Positions 19,613 to 29,678 are shown, numbered from the stretch's first letter. The stretch: DNA of 64,000 nucleotides from an uncultured Acidobacteriota bacterium (GCA_963713825.1 CAVQNG010000003.1:1696001-1760000), one strand, 5' to 3'. The notes: generated by a model from the letters alone, not told the origin. Program-made: numbers and translations.

Positions 19613-21274
19613 CTATTGCTTGCGAAGCAGTAGCAGCGTCCGATCGTCGGCGTAGGGAGCTCCCTCGACGAACTCTTCCAGCGCGTTCTCGATCGTTCGG
19701 GTCAAGGTTCCCAGTTCGGCATGCCGATTGCTGGCCACGACCTCGGCCAGGCGCTCGGTCCCGAACTCCTCGTCAGCAGGATTGGTGGCTTCGATGAAGC
19801 CGTCCGTAAAGAGAACCAGGGTATCCCCGGATTCGAGAAGGGCACTCGACTCCGAGTACTCGATGCTCGGGAAAGCCCCCAGGGGCGGTCCGGTGGAGCC
19901 CAAGCGGAGGACATTGCCTTTCGATCCCACCAAGAGGCCGGGGTGGCCGGCACTCGCGTAGCGCAGTATCCGACCGTGTGGTTCGACGACTACCATGAAG
20001 GCAGTGGCGAAACGGTTGGGCAGGGTTCTCGAGTGTAGGCGTCGATTGACTCGAGTGCAGATCTCGGCCGGCGACCGCCCCACCTCGATGGGCCCGGCTG
20101 CCAGGGCCTCCAGGGAGAGGGTGGTCAACGATGCGCAGAGTCCCTTGCCGCAAACGTCGGCGATGATGAGCACCGTTTCTTTTCCCCCGAGGCGCTCGAC
20201 GGCCTGGTAGTAGTCTCCCGACACCCCGCGTGATGGCATGATCGAACCTGTCAGATCGTAGCCGTCGATCGTCGGCAGCTTGGTGGGAAGCACCGCGGTC
20301 TGGATGCTACGAGCCAGGTTCAGGTCGGCTTCGTAACGATGTCGCTCAGCGGCCTCTTGGGCGGCCCGCTGAGCGAGCTTGACGTTGTGGATGCGCAGAG
20401 ACGCGATGGAGGCGAGAGACGCCAGGAGATCGCGATCGTCTTTACCGAAAGAAGACTTTCCCTGGTTGGAAGCCAAGGCGATCATGCCGAGCGAGCCTTC
20501 GGGGTCCGACAGGGGCGCTGCAACGAGACTGTGGACCCCGATGCTCAGCACGCTGTCGGCCGTGTCAAACCGCTCGTCGTGGGCAGCATCAGTTACCAGT
20601 GCCGCCATTCCGTTATCCGCTACCTGGTGCAGGAGCGTCTCGGAGTACAGGTGCTCGATTCCGGGGCCGTCCGCGCTGCGTTCGGCGGCGAGGTAGTAGT
20701 CGCCGTTGTCTCGCTTGAGGAAGATCACCTCCTGGTCGGGCTGAAGAGTCTCGAAGCAGCGATTGAGAATCAAGTCGAGTAGCTCGTCCAATTGGAGGGT
20801 CCCACTCAGCTCGCGGTGGATCGAGTGCAGCAGTTGGAGTCGATCGGTCTGTCGCCGGAAGGATCCGCGCTGGGATAGGCTCGCGAGGTCGGTCGGACTG
20901 TCCGAATCGATGAGTTCGGATGCCCGCCGATACTCGGTGTTGTGCTCGGTAACCGGGTCTCTGCGGGGCGTGGGCGTCTCGATCCCGTCCGAGAGCAGGG
21001 TGATGTAGCTCGTCGAGAGCCGCAGCTCGTCACCAGGATGGATCTCTGTTGGTTCTTCAACGCGTTGGTCGTTGACCCAGGTGCCGTTGCTAGAGCCGAG
21101 ATCCTCGACCCAGACGTGCTCTCCTGTGCGATAGAGCCGGGCATGCTGGCGAGAAAGAAACCTGTCCTTGACGACCAGATCGGACTCCGACACTCGACCG
21201 ATCGAGATCGACTCTTCTTCCAGGGGATACTCGAAGTCCTCCCCTTGGCTCGGGAACACTCGCAGGCGATACAT
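19613..21274 (-). CDS. FHA-GAF-PP2C (SpoIIE-type) phosphatase
   Basis: IGR..SRQHA..DLGSSNGT; GAF; VSGDYY, IADVCGKG, FTDG, DDRT. Confidence 0.9.
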   Translation of the reverse strand: MYRLRVFPSQGEDFEYPLEEESISIGRVSESDLVVKDRFLSRQHARLYRTGEHVWVEDLGSSNGTWVNDQRVEEPTEIHPGDELRLSTSYITLLSDGIETPTPRRDPVTEHNTEYRRASELIDSDSPTDLASLSQRGSFRRQTDRLQLLHSIHRELSGTLQLDELLDLILNRCFETLQPDQEVIFLKRDNGDYYLAAERSADGPGIEHLYSETLLHQVADNGMAALVTDAAHDERFDTADSVLSIGVHSLVAAPLSDPEGSLGMIALASNQGKSSFGKDDRDLLASLASIASLRIHNVKLAQRAAQEAAERHRYEADLNLARSIQTAVLPTKLPTIDGYDLTGSIMPSRGVSGDYYQAVERLGGKETVLIIADVCGKGLCASLTTLSLEALAAGPIEVGRSPAEICTRVNRRLHSRTLPNRFATAFMVVVEPHGRILRYASAGHPGLLVGSKGNVLRLGSTGPPLGAFPSIEYSESSALLESGDTLVLFTDGFIEATNPADEEFGTERLAEVVASNRHAELGTLTRTIENALEEFVEGAPYADDRTLLLLRKQ

Positions 21275-21343
21275 GGTTCCCTCCTGTCTGGCTTCCTACA
21301 AGTCTACAGACTTCGGTAAGACGGTGCAGGGCGGAGGATGGCA

Positions 21344-21712
21344 TCAGCTGTCAGATGGGTCGACCGGCCGCCTAGAGCGCTTCTTTTGTGACTCTCGCAC
21401 TCTTTCCTGCCGCTCTCGCTGACGCACAGAGGTCCTCTTCTTGGTGGGCTTTCTCGGTGGATCTTCGTGAAAGTGCTCGGCCAGCCGGCGAGCCAACCGT
21501 TCAAGAGCGATCTTGCGGTTCCGGAGCTGAGACCTGGAGTCGCCTGCCGTGACGACAATGCCTGTGGGAAGGTGCTTCAAGCGGACGGCCGAGTAGGTGC
21601 GGTTCCGGTGCTGTCCACCGGGCCCCGACGCCTGATAGACGGAGACCTCGACCTCGTTCTCCAGGTCTTCGAGATCGGGCACGCCGCCCTGTTCCTTCCT
21701 CTCTTCGGTCAT
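21344..21712 (-). CDS. arfB: Class I release-factor-domain ribosome rescue protein (ArfB-like)
   Basis: SGPGGQHRN GGQ motif, RSQLRN, basic C-terminal tail. Confidence 0.8.
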   Translation of the reverse strand: MTEERKEQGGVPDLEDLENEVEVSVYQASGPGGQHRNRTYSAVRLKHLPTGIVVTAGDSRSQLRNRKIALERLARRLAEHFHEDPPRKPTKKRTSVRQRERQERVRESQKKRSRRPVDPSDS

Positions 21713-21921
21713 CTGACTACCCCTTCGAGTCTCGCACCGTTCGAGCCAATGAGGCAATATCCTGTGAGGTCCGCTCGGGCACCGATCAGGCCTTCAGGCC
21801 TTGAGGCAGTATGGCATTAGGAAGTAGGGGCGTCGGGGCCTAGGGGGTGGTTCCTTGAAAGGAGCCTCGGTACTTTCAGGCTCTCTCAGAGCCAAAAAGC
21901 GATGAACAGTCCCCGTCATTG

Positions 21922-22016
21922 CCCCACTGCCTCAAAGGTGGGCCGGAGGGACGACGGACTTTTCAACCTCCAAGCCCCCAAAGGTCGGCCGGGAGCCACG
22001 ACCGGACGCCTCAACC
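21922..22016 (+). repeat. Repeat family C, two tandem units
   Basis: CACTGCCTCAAAG-hairpin-TTCAACC then CCAAGCCCCCAAAG-hairpin-CCTCAACC. Confidence 0.7.
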
Positions 22017-22904
22017 TTCAATCTTCTTGTACCAATCGGCGAGACCGGCACCGATTCCGTGGGGGTTGTCTTCTTGCACGTAGTGGATGCCCTTGCCGAT
22101 GTCCACGCCCTCGATATTGGGCAGGTTGGCGAGCAGCTTGTCGGCAAGTGGGCGAGGAATCAGACCGCCCGGAGTTGCATAGAACAAGAGCTTCGGCAGA
22201 TGGGTCTTCCCCAGCCATTCCGCATAGCTCTCCACGGCTGCCTGAACGTCGCCAGGGTCACCGTCGATGGGGATCTCCCGGGGCCACTGGCGCACCGGGA
22301 GTCGACTGGCAATTGTGGGGAAGGGCTCTGCGTAGTGGGCCATTTCCTCAGCGGTGAGTGTTCGCGCTGTGGCTTTCGGCAATAACCTCTGAATGAAGAC
22401 ATTCCCCACGGAGATCATCAACCAACCCACTCCCGATGTCCGAAAGAGCTTGAACCCCATCTTGTAGTCGGGCGGGAAGTCGCTCCAGCGTGATGGCTGG
22501 ACGATGGCCTCCATGAAGGCTACTCCCTTCACATTTGCCTCATGGCGGCAGGCGTAGTGAAACCCCAGGCCCGAGCCCCAGTCGTGAATCACCAGAGTCA
22601 CGTTCTTGAGGTCGAGAGCCTCGATGAAGCCCTCGAGGTACTTCGAATGGTCGAAGAATCGGTAGGGGATGTCCGGCTTGTCGGATCGGCCCATGCCGAT
22701 GAGATCGGGCGCGATAGCCCGAGCCACGGGAGTGACGTAGGGGATGATGTTGCGCCACAAATAGGACGAGGTCGGATTGCCGTGCAGAAACAGAACGGGA
22801 TCCCCCTCCCCCTCGTCGATGTAGTGCATCTTCGAGCCGAGAACCTCTACGTACTTGGACTCGAACGGGAACTCGGCAGAGATCGGTTGCTCAGAAGTCA
22901 TCAT
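22011..22904 (-). CDS. dhaA: Haloalkane dehalogenase (HLD-II, DhaA-like)
   Basis: HGNPTSSYLWRN, APDLIGMG.SDKP, IHDWGS nucleophile, FMEA, HYVQED. Confidence 0.9.
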   Translation of the reverse strand: MMTSEQPISAEFPFESKYVEVLGSKMHYIDEGEGDPVLFLHGNPTSSYLWRNIIPYVTPVARAIAPDLIGMGRSDKPDIPYRFFDHSKYLEGFIEALDLKNVTLVIHDWGSGLGFHYACRHEANVKGVAFMEAIVQPSRWSDFPPDYKMGFKLFRTSGVGWLMISVGNVFIQRLLPKATARTLTAEEMAHYAEPFPTIASRLPVRQWPREIPIDGDPGDVQAAVESYAEWLGKTHLPKLLFYATPGGLIPRPLADKLLANLPNIEGVDIGKGIHYVQEDNPHGIGAGLADWYKKIEG

Positions 22905-22980
22905 CAGCTCCTCGTGTGGCGGCCCGGTTCGACTTACCCGATTGGTTTGGGAAGCAGTATACCCAGCGCCGTTGTCGACA

Positions 22981-23060
22981 AGGGTTCGACGTGGTGCCCC
23001 CAGGGGGCTATCCTCCCTTCCGCTGCAAGAACCCCCATGGAGGTCCCCACGCCAAACCCT
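22981..23060. repeat. Repeat family B copy 2
   Basis: Match to 4983-5062. Confidence 0.9.
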
Positions 23061-23177
23061 AGACCGGAATTGTCGAGAGTGGGATCGACCAAGTGGTCTC
23101 CTGAGTCTGCGGCCTCACCCGTGCATACCCCGCCGGTTCAAGTGACCCCTTGTCTAATTTTGCACCGTCGGTTCCAG

Positions 23178-23340
23178 GAGGTTCGTTCGGGTGGTTTGCA
23201 GGGGGCGCCGAGTCGAGCGCAGCGCCAGGTCCTTGACAGGTCACAGGAGATGGGGCGCGATGACGAGACGAGGTGACGGCCAGCCCGTCATAGTCTGAGT
23301 AGCCGTCGCCGTCCGCCAGCGAGCCACCCGGACGGACCTC
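23178..23340 (+). mobile_element. Repeat family A copy 3
   Basis: Match to 5135-5297. Confidence 0.8.
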
Positions 23341-23465
23341 TTCGAGATACCTGTCCCATGCCGAGGGCATCTTTCCGCGGTAGACTACGCGAGCCCGGTG
23401 TCTGGCCGGGTGATTCGAAATTCGCACCCACCTTCTGTGCCCATTGCACCCTTTGGAGGTTGAGA

Positions 23466-26400
23466 ATGACCCACTCCTGTCCATCCTCGTTTTCTTTTAC
23501 TTGCTGGATTCGTCGGATCACCTTGGGACTCGCGCTGGTCGCACTGCTTCCCTTGTCCGCGGTGGCTGCTGACGGCGAAGCCCGGCTGTTGCGCTACCCG
23601 TCGATTCACGAGGACTTCGTGGTCTTTGTTTATGGCGGCGATCTTTGGCGGGTTCCGGTTGAAGGCGGCCGAGCCTTTCGGCTCACTTCGCACGAGGGCA
23701 CCGAGCTCACTCCGAAGATCTCGCCCGACGGGGAGTGGGTGGCGTTTTCCGGGGAATACAGCGGTTCGCGGCAGGTCTACGTGATGCCCTCCGATGGCGG
23801 CACCCCGAAGCAGCTCACCTTCTACAACGATGTCGGGAGCATGCCCCCGCGAGGCGGCTTTGATTATTGGGTTCAGGGATGGTGCCCGGACGGCAAGATC
23901 CTGGTGCGGATGAACCGGACTCCCTGGGGGCAGCGTCCGGGTCTCTACTACCTGGTGGATCCGGCCGGTGGTCTCGAGGAGCGGCTGCCGATCCAGGTGG
24001 GAGGCAGCGCCAGCTGCTCTCCGGACGGCACGAGTCTCGCCTTCACCTACTTCGACCGAGAGTTCCGGACCTGGAAGCGCCACATGGGTGGGCGCAACCA
24101 GGACATCTGGACTTTCGATCTCGATGCCATGGCTTCGGAGCGCCTGACTGATTGGGCAGGGTCCGACAACTTCCCGATGTGGCACGGCGACACGATCTTC
24201 TTCACCTCGGACCGCGAACACACGCTGAACATCTTCGCCTACGACAAAGCGACCGGCGCGACTCGGAAGATCACGGACTTCGACGAATACGATGTGTTGT
24301 GGCCGAGCTTGGGGCCAGACGCAATTGTCTTCATGAACGGTGGTTGGCTGTACCGGCTGGATCTCGCCACCGAGCAGGTCGAGAAGATTCCGGTCACCAT
24401 CACTTCTGGTCTGCCCTCCACGTTGCCCCGATGGGAGGATGTCAGCGACAACATCGACGTGTCGGATGTGTCGCCTGGTGGCAGTCGGGCGATCTTCGAA
24501 GCACGCGGCGACCTCTACACCGTGCCGGCCAAGGACGGAGCGACCCGCAATCTCACGGACACTCAGGGAGTTCGGGAGAGCGCCCCGAGGTGGTCACCCG
24601 ACGGTCGGTGGATCGCCTACTACTCCGACGTCACCGGCGAGATGGAGCTGTATGTCCGCGAGCAGGATGGCTCCGCGGATCCGAGACAGCTCACGCAGGG
24701 TGGTTCCGAGTGGCGGTTCCCGGCGGAGTGGAGCCCCGACTCCAAGAAGCTGGCCTACTCCGATAGCGATCGCAACCTCAACGTCATCGATGTCGCGAGC
24801 GGTGCCGTGACGGTGGCGGATACCGACTCCCAGGGATTCATCGACACCTATCGGTGGTCGCCGGACAGCAAGTGGCTGGCGTTCGAAAAAGGGCATCCGG
24901 AAACGACTCTACCTGGCCTGGCGATCTATTCGCTGGCCAGTGGCGAGGTTCAGATGCTGGGCGATGGGCTCACTGTCGACTTCGCTCCGGCCTGGGGTTC
25001 CGGCGGCAAGTACCTTTTCTTCCTGAGCAACCGCGACTACAACCTGAATTTCTCCGATTTCGAGTTCAACTACGTCTACGACAACTCCACGAGAGTCTTC
25101 GCTGTCGCGCTGGTTCCGGAAGCGGACGCCCTCTTCCCCTTGAAGAGTGACGAAGTGGAGGTGGATAGCGACGACGAGGAGTCGGCCGGCAACGGAGACG
25201 GCAACGGTGACGAAGATGAGAAGTCGGCACCTGAAGTTGCGGTGGCACTCGAGGGTCTGACAGCAAGAACCTTGGCGGTACCAGGAGTGACAGCCGGCAA
25301 CTACGGCAATCTGAGCGCCGTCGAAGGGGCACTGCTCTATCTGAAGATCCCGGACGATGGACCACCTGCGCTGGTGCGATTCGACTTAGAGGAGCGCGAG
25401 GAAAAGGAAGTCGTCACCGGAGTCGCGGACTATCGACTGGCGGCACGCGGTGAGAAGGTGCTCTACCAGTCGGGAGGCAAGTGGTCCATTGCGGATGCCA
25501 AGCCCGACTCCAAGGGTGACGAGCTCGATCTCTCCGATCTGCGCATGCGGCTCGATCCGCGAGCCGAGTGGGCTCAAATGTTCCACGAGGACTGGCGCAT
25601 AGGTCGCGACTGGTTCTACGACTCGGAAATGCACGGCATCGGCTGGGACCAGATGAAAGAGCGCTACGGAGCCCTGGTTCCGTACATATCGACCCGAGCC
25701 GACCTGGATTTCATCTTCGGCGAGATGGTGGGTGAGCTCGAGGCCGGTCACACCTATGTGCAGAGCGGCGAAGACCAGGGGGTGGATCGTGTCGAGGGCG
25801 GCATGCTCGGCGCTGAGCTTGAGGCCGACAGCTCTGGTCGCTACCGCATTGCCAAGATCTTCGCCGGTGAGAACTGGGACGACGGCTATCGCTCGCCGCT
25901 GACCGAGCTGGGCGTCGACGTCTCAGTCGGGGACTACCTGCTGGCCATTGATGGAGTCGAGCTCACCACCGAGCAGAATCCGTATCAGCTGTTGGAGGGC
26001 AAGGGTGGCAAGCAGGTAGCGCTGACGGTCAACTCGGAACCCTCCAAGGCCGGATCTCGAACCGAGACCGTCAAGACCATCACCAGTGAGCGCAACCTCC
26101 GCTATCTGGACTGGGTGATGAGCCGGGCGGCACTGGTCAACGAGCTTTCCGGTGGTCGGATCGGCTACATCCATCTCCCCAACACCGCCGGTGAGGGTAA
26201 CCGCATGCTGCAGAAGCTCTTCTACAGCCAGTCGCAGAAAGATGGCCTCATCATCGACGACCGATACAACGGCGGCGGCTTCATTCCCGACCGGATGATC
26301 GAGATGTTGTCGCGGACCACTCTCTCCTTCTGGACTCGGAGAGGTGTCGAAGCCAACCGCACTCCCGGCTTTGCTCACGATGGGCCCAAGGTGATGCTGA

Positions 26401-26759
26401 TCAACGGCTATGCCGCCTCCGGTGGTGACGCCCTGCCGTACTACTTCCGGAAGCGCGGGCTGGGCCAGATCATCGGCACCACGACCTGGGGCGGCCTGAT
26501 CGGTCTGTCGGGCAATCCGATGCTGGTCGATGGTGGCGGCGTGCTCTATCCGACCTTCCGGCTCTTCGACACCGAAGGCCAGTGGGCGGTGGAGAACGAG
26601 GGTGTGGCGCCGGACATCGAGGTCTGGGATCTTTCCGAGGCCATCGCCCAGGGTGGCGACCCGTCGATCGAGAAGGCGGTGGAGGTGCTGCTCCAGGAGC
26701 TCGAGAGCTACAGCGGCGACCCGGAAAGCCCGACTCCGCCTGACATGGGCGGAGACTGA
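23466..26759 (+). CDS. Tricorn protease homolog (S41), exported
   Basis: LLRYPSI..VFVYGGDLW; beta-propellers; GEL.AGHTY; PDZ; GYIHLP, D.RYNGGG, ASGGD; start position uncertain. Confidence 0.92.
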   Translation: MTHSCPSSFSFTCWIRRITLGLALVALLPLSAVAADGEARLLRYPSIHEDFVVFVYGGDLWRVPVEGGRAFRLTSHEGTELTPKISPDGEWVAFSGEYSGSRQVYVMPSDGGTPKQLTFYNDVGSMPPRGGFDYWVQGWCPDGKILVRMNRTPWGQRPGLYYLVDPAGGLEERLPIQVGGSASCSPDGTSLAFTYFDREFRTWKRHMGGRNQDIWTFDLDAMASERLTDWAGSDNFPMWHGDTIFFTSDREHTLNIFAYDKATGATRKITDFDEYDVLWPSLGPDAIVFMNGGWLYRLDLATEQVEKIPVTITSGLPSTLPRWEDVSDNIDVSDVSPGGSRAIFEARGDLYTVPAKDGATRNLTDTQGVRESAPRWSPDGRWIAYYSDVTGEMELYVREQDGSADPRQLTQGGSEWRFPAEWSPDSKKLAYSDSDRNLNVIDVASGAVTVADTDSQGFIDTYRWSPDSKWLAFEKGHPETTLPGLAIYSLASGEVQMLGDGLTVDFAPAWGSGGKYLFFLSNRDYNLNFSDFEFNYVYDNSTRVFAVALVPEADALFPLKSDEVEVDSDDEESAGNGDGNGDEDEKSAPEVAVALEGLTARTLAVPGVTAGNYGNLSAVEGALLYLKIPDDGPPALVRFDLEEREEKEVVTGVADYRLAARGEKVLYQSGGKWSIADAKPDSKGDELDLSDLRMRLDPRAEWAQMFHEDWRIGRDWFYDSEMHGIGWDQMKERYGALVPYISTRADLDFIFGEMVGELEAGHTYVQSGEDQGVDRVEGGMLGAELEADSSGRYRIAKIFAGENWDDGYRSPLTELGVDVSVGDYLLAIDGVELTTEQNPYQLLEGKGGKQVALTVNSEPSKAGSRTETVKTITSERNLRYLDWVMSRAALVNELSGGRIGYIHLPNTAGEGNRMLQKLFYSQSQKDGLIIDDRYNGGGFIPDRMIEMLSRTTLSFWTRRGVEANRTPGFAHDGPKVMLINGYAASGGDALPYYFRKRGLGQIIGTTTWGGLIGLSGNPMLVDGGGVLYPTFRLFDTEGQWAVENEGVAPDIEVWDLSEAIAQGGDPSIEKAVEVLLQELESYSGDPESPTPPDMGGD

Positions 26760-26812
26760 ACAAGGTCCTGGGGCTTGGGACCTGGGTCCTGGGCATAGGA
26801 CCGTGATCTCGT

Positions 26813-26977
26813 AGAGGCCCGTCCGGGTGGTTCGCAGGCGGACGGCGGCGGCAACTCAGACTGCGGCGGGGGGCCGCGACCTCGTCGCGTCATCGCGCCC
26901 CGTCTCCTGTGTCCTATCAAGAACCTTGCGCCGCGCTCGACTCGGCGCCCCCTGTCGAACCACCCGAACGAACCTCT
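26813..26977 (-). mobile_element. Repeat family A copy 4
   Basis: Match to 10918-11082. Confidence 0.8.
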
Positions 26978-26985
26978 GGCACCAA

Positions 26986-27033
26986 TAGGGGGATAGGGGC
27001 CTAGGGCAGTAGGGGCTTAGGGGCGTAGGGGGC
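26986..27033 (+). repeat. G-rich octamer tandem (TAGGGGNN x6)
   Basis: taggggga taggggcc tagggcag taggggct taggggcg tagggggc. Confidence 0.85.
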
Positions 27034-27164
27034 GGCGAGTCAGCCGATTGAATCTTGATGTGTTTCGAAGGTGGTAGATCGGGCCATGGGTCTCCCTCGT
27101 CGGAGGGGCATGGTCGGGTGAGGCCGCAGACGAGGGAGATCCCTGGTTCGATCGGCCGTCTCAT

Positions 27165-27212
27165 CCCCAAGCCCTCAAAGAACACCCGGCGGAGAGCCGG
27201 GTGCCTCAACCC
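27165..27212 (+). repeat. Repeat family C unit
   Basis: CCCAAGCCCTCAAAGA ACACCCGGCGGAGAGCCGGGTG CCTCAACC. Confidence 0.75.
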
Positions 27213-27411
27213 TCGAGGCTTCGGGTCATTTGACCGAAGCCGCTCAATGCTGGTACAACTTCCCTCAAGTACCTGTCCTAGGCAGATGCAGTTGGGCCCT
27301 CGATGAAGGGCTAGATGCGCCCTTTGGCCATCCATGGACGTCCCGTGGAAGGGGCAGGTTCTCAAACGATGGAAGAAGCTCGAAGACGAAATCTCTAGAG
27401 AGGAAGTACTG

Positions 27412-28827
27412 ATGCCGACAGTAAAGACCCTGAGTGGTGGTGAAGCGACGATCGACGACGCAATGATCCAGGCCCTGTCCGAGAGCCTTCATGGAGATGT
27501 CGTAACAGCGGCGAGTCCGAGTTACGACGAGGTCCGGGAGATCTGGAACGCCATGATCGACCGGCGCCCCGGGGTCATCGTGCGCTGTGCCAGCGCGGAA
27601 GATGTCGTGAAGGCTGTCAACCTTGCCCGTGAGAACGAATTGCTCGTCACTGTGCGCGGAGCTGGCCACAATATTGCCGGCAGCTCGATTGCCGATGGCG
27701 CCTTGATGATCGATTTGTCGGGCATGAAGGCGGTAGCGGTCGATGTAGCGAGCAAGACGGTGACGGCCCAGCCCGGAGTCACTCTCGGCGAGTTGGACGC
27801 CGCGACACAGGAGCATGGTCTGGCCGTCTCGGTCGGCATCAACTCGACGACTGGCGTGGCGGGGCTGACCCTGGGAGGAGGATTCGGCTGGCTGAGTCGG
27901 AAGTATGGGATGACAATCGACAATCTGATTTCTGCCGATGTCGTGACGGCCAGTGGCGATCTGGTCAAGGCGAGCGCGGACAGCAACCCCGATCTCTTCT
28001 GGGCCATCCGAGGGGGTGGTGGCAACTTCGGTGTCGTGACCTCGTTCGAGTATCAGGCGCAACTTGTCGGTCCCGAGATCCTGTCCGGTCTGATCGTTCA
28101 CCCAGGTAGCGAGGCCCGAGCCTGCTTCGAGTTCTATCGAGACTTCACGGCCCAGGCACCGGAAGAGCTCACCACATGGGTCGTCATGCGGAAAGCACCG
28201 CCACTACCGTTCCTTCCCGAGGAGGTTCACGGTACCGACGTCCTGATCTTTGCGGTGATGTACACCGGAGATATGGCATCGGGGGAGAAAGCAGTCCAGG
28301 CTCTGCGCGATTTCGGCAGTCCGATCGCCGACGTGATCGGCCCCCACCCATTCGCGGGTTGGCAGCAGGCGTTCGATCCACTGCTCACGCCTGGCCTCCG
28401 GAACTACTGGAAGTCGCACAACTTCAGCGGCCTGAGCGATGAGTTGATCGACGTCCTCGTGGCCGCCGCCAGTAACATGCCGTCGCCGCACTCGGAAGTC
28501 TTCATGGCGCAGCTCGGTGGTGCTCAGAGCCGGATCGATCCCACCGCGACCGCCTACTGGCCCCGAGACTCGGCATTCACCATGAACGTCCATACGCGGT
28601 GGGAAACTGCCGCTGAGGATGAGCAGTGCGTAGCATGGGCGCGGCAGCTCTTCAACGACACCGAACCCCACGCAACGGGCGGTGTCTACGTGAACTTCAT
28701 GCCGGAAGACGAAGCGGACCGCGTCGGCAAGGCCTATGGTGGCAACTACGACCGCCTGGCTTCGATCAAGAAGGAGTGGGACCCGACGAATCTGTTTCGG
28801 GTGAATCACAACATCAAGCCCGAGTAG
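27412..28827 (+). CDS. FAD-linked oxidase (BBE/6-hydroxy-D-nicotine oxidase family)
   Basis: RGAGHN covalent FAD His, TGVAGLTLGGG.G, LFWAIRGGGGNFG, YVNF, K..WDP.NLFR. Confidence 0.9.
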   Translation: MPTVKTLSGGEATIDDAMIQALSESLHGDVVTAASPSYDEVREIWNAMIDRRPGVIVRCASAEDVVKAVNLARENELLVTVRGAGHNIAGSSIADGALMIDLSGMKAVAVDVASKTVTAQPGVTLGELDAATQEHGLAVSVGINSTTGVAGLTLGGGFGWLSRKYGMTIDNLISADVVTASGDLVKASADSNPDLFWAIRGGGGNFGVVTSFEYQAQLVGPEILSGLIVHPGSEARACFEFYRDFTAQAPEELTTWVVMRKAPPLPFLPEEVHGTDVLIFAVMYTGDMASGEKAVQALRDFGSPIADVIGPHPFAGWQQAFDPLLTPGLRNYWKSHNFSGLSDELIDVLVAAASNMPSPHSEVFMAQLGGAQSRIDPTATAYWPRDSAFTMNVHTRWETAAEDEQCVAWARQLFNDTEPHATGGVYVNFMPEDEADRVGKAYGGNYDRLASIKKEWDPTNLFRVNHNIKPE

Positions 28828-28835
28828 GGGCTTTT

Positions 28836-28933
28836 TGGGAGTGAGGCGAACGGACTCTGTCCGTTCGATCTTTGAGGGCTTGGGGATTGAGGCAGCCGAG
28901 CGTACCTTTCAGCCGGTCTTTGAGGCAGTGAGG
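28836..28933 (-). repeat. Repeat family C, two tandem units
   Basis: Reverse complement reads CACTGCCTCAAAGA-hairpin-CCTCAATCCCCAAGCCCTCAAAGA-hairpin-CCTCACTCCC. Confidence 0.75.
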
Positions 28934-29028
28934 TTGTAGCGGCCGGGCCTGTGCCGGCCGAATCCCAGAGGGAGCCACCGACTCGTGGCTCCCATACTAT
29001 TTGGTGGATCTACAGTGGAGATTCTCGA

Positions 29029-29586
29029 ATGCGACCAAGGATACTGAGTACCCTTACCCCTGCCTTGCTTCTGGGATTGGTGACCTTTCCGGCGGCAGCC
29101 GAGGAAGAGATGATGCAGTCGCCCCGGGTCGAGGTGGGCGAGGAGGCGCCACCTTTCACCCTTCCTACAACCGAGGGCCAGACCCTCAGCCCCGAGAGCT
29201 TGCGCGGGGACAAACCCCTGGTTCTGACGTTCTTTCGGGGAACGTGGTGACCGTTCTGTCGCCAGCAGCTCGGCGAGCTGCAAGCAGGTTTGGATGAAAT
29301 GCGACAACGGGGTGCCGAGCTCTGGGTGGTGAGCCCCGATGACGCGAAGAAGCTCAAAAAGTTCCGACAGCAGGAGGGGCTGGATTTCCCGGTTTTAGTC
29401 GACACGGACCTGGCGGTCAGCACCAGCTACGGCCTGATCAACGAAGCGAACCCCGTTGTGCCTCACCCGACCACCCTGATCATCGACAAGCAGGGCGTGA
29501 TTCGCTATCTGCGGGTGGACGTCGATTACAAAGTCCGTCCCTCCGTCGCAGAGCTGCTCGAAGCCCTCGATCAGCTGGGCCAGTGA
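29029..29586 (+). CDS. Peroxiredoxin-like AhpC/TSA protein with in-frame UGA (probable selenoprotein, UxxC)
   Basis: Two track ORFs share one frame; FFRGTW-TGA(29248-29250)-PFCRQQL; APPFTL upstream and VSPD, FPVLVD, PTTLIIDKQG downstream complete one domain. Confidence 0.85.
29265..29281 (+). promoter_or_regulatory. Candidate bacterial SECIS hairpin
   Basis: GCAGCTC-GGC-GAGCTGC perfect inverted repeat starting 14 nt after the UGA, with G in the apical loop. Confidence 0.65.
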
Positions 29587-29600
29587 AACGCAGGGGATTT

Positions 29601-29678
29601 GGGTCCGACGTGGGGCCCCCAGGAGGCTATCCTCCCTTCCGCTGCAAGAACCCCCTGGAGGTCCCCACGCCGAACCCT
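29601..29678. repeat. Repeat family B copy 3
   Basis: Match to 4983-5062. Confidence 0.9.

Noticed and set aside
28951-29586. Two separate small genes or a pseudogene
   Set aside because: Both halves are in one frame, the stop is UGA at the catalytic Cys position and a SECIS-like hairpin follows; readthrough is the simpler explanation.
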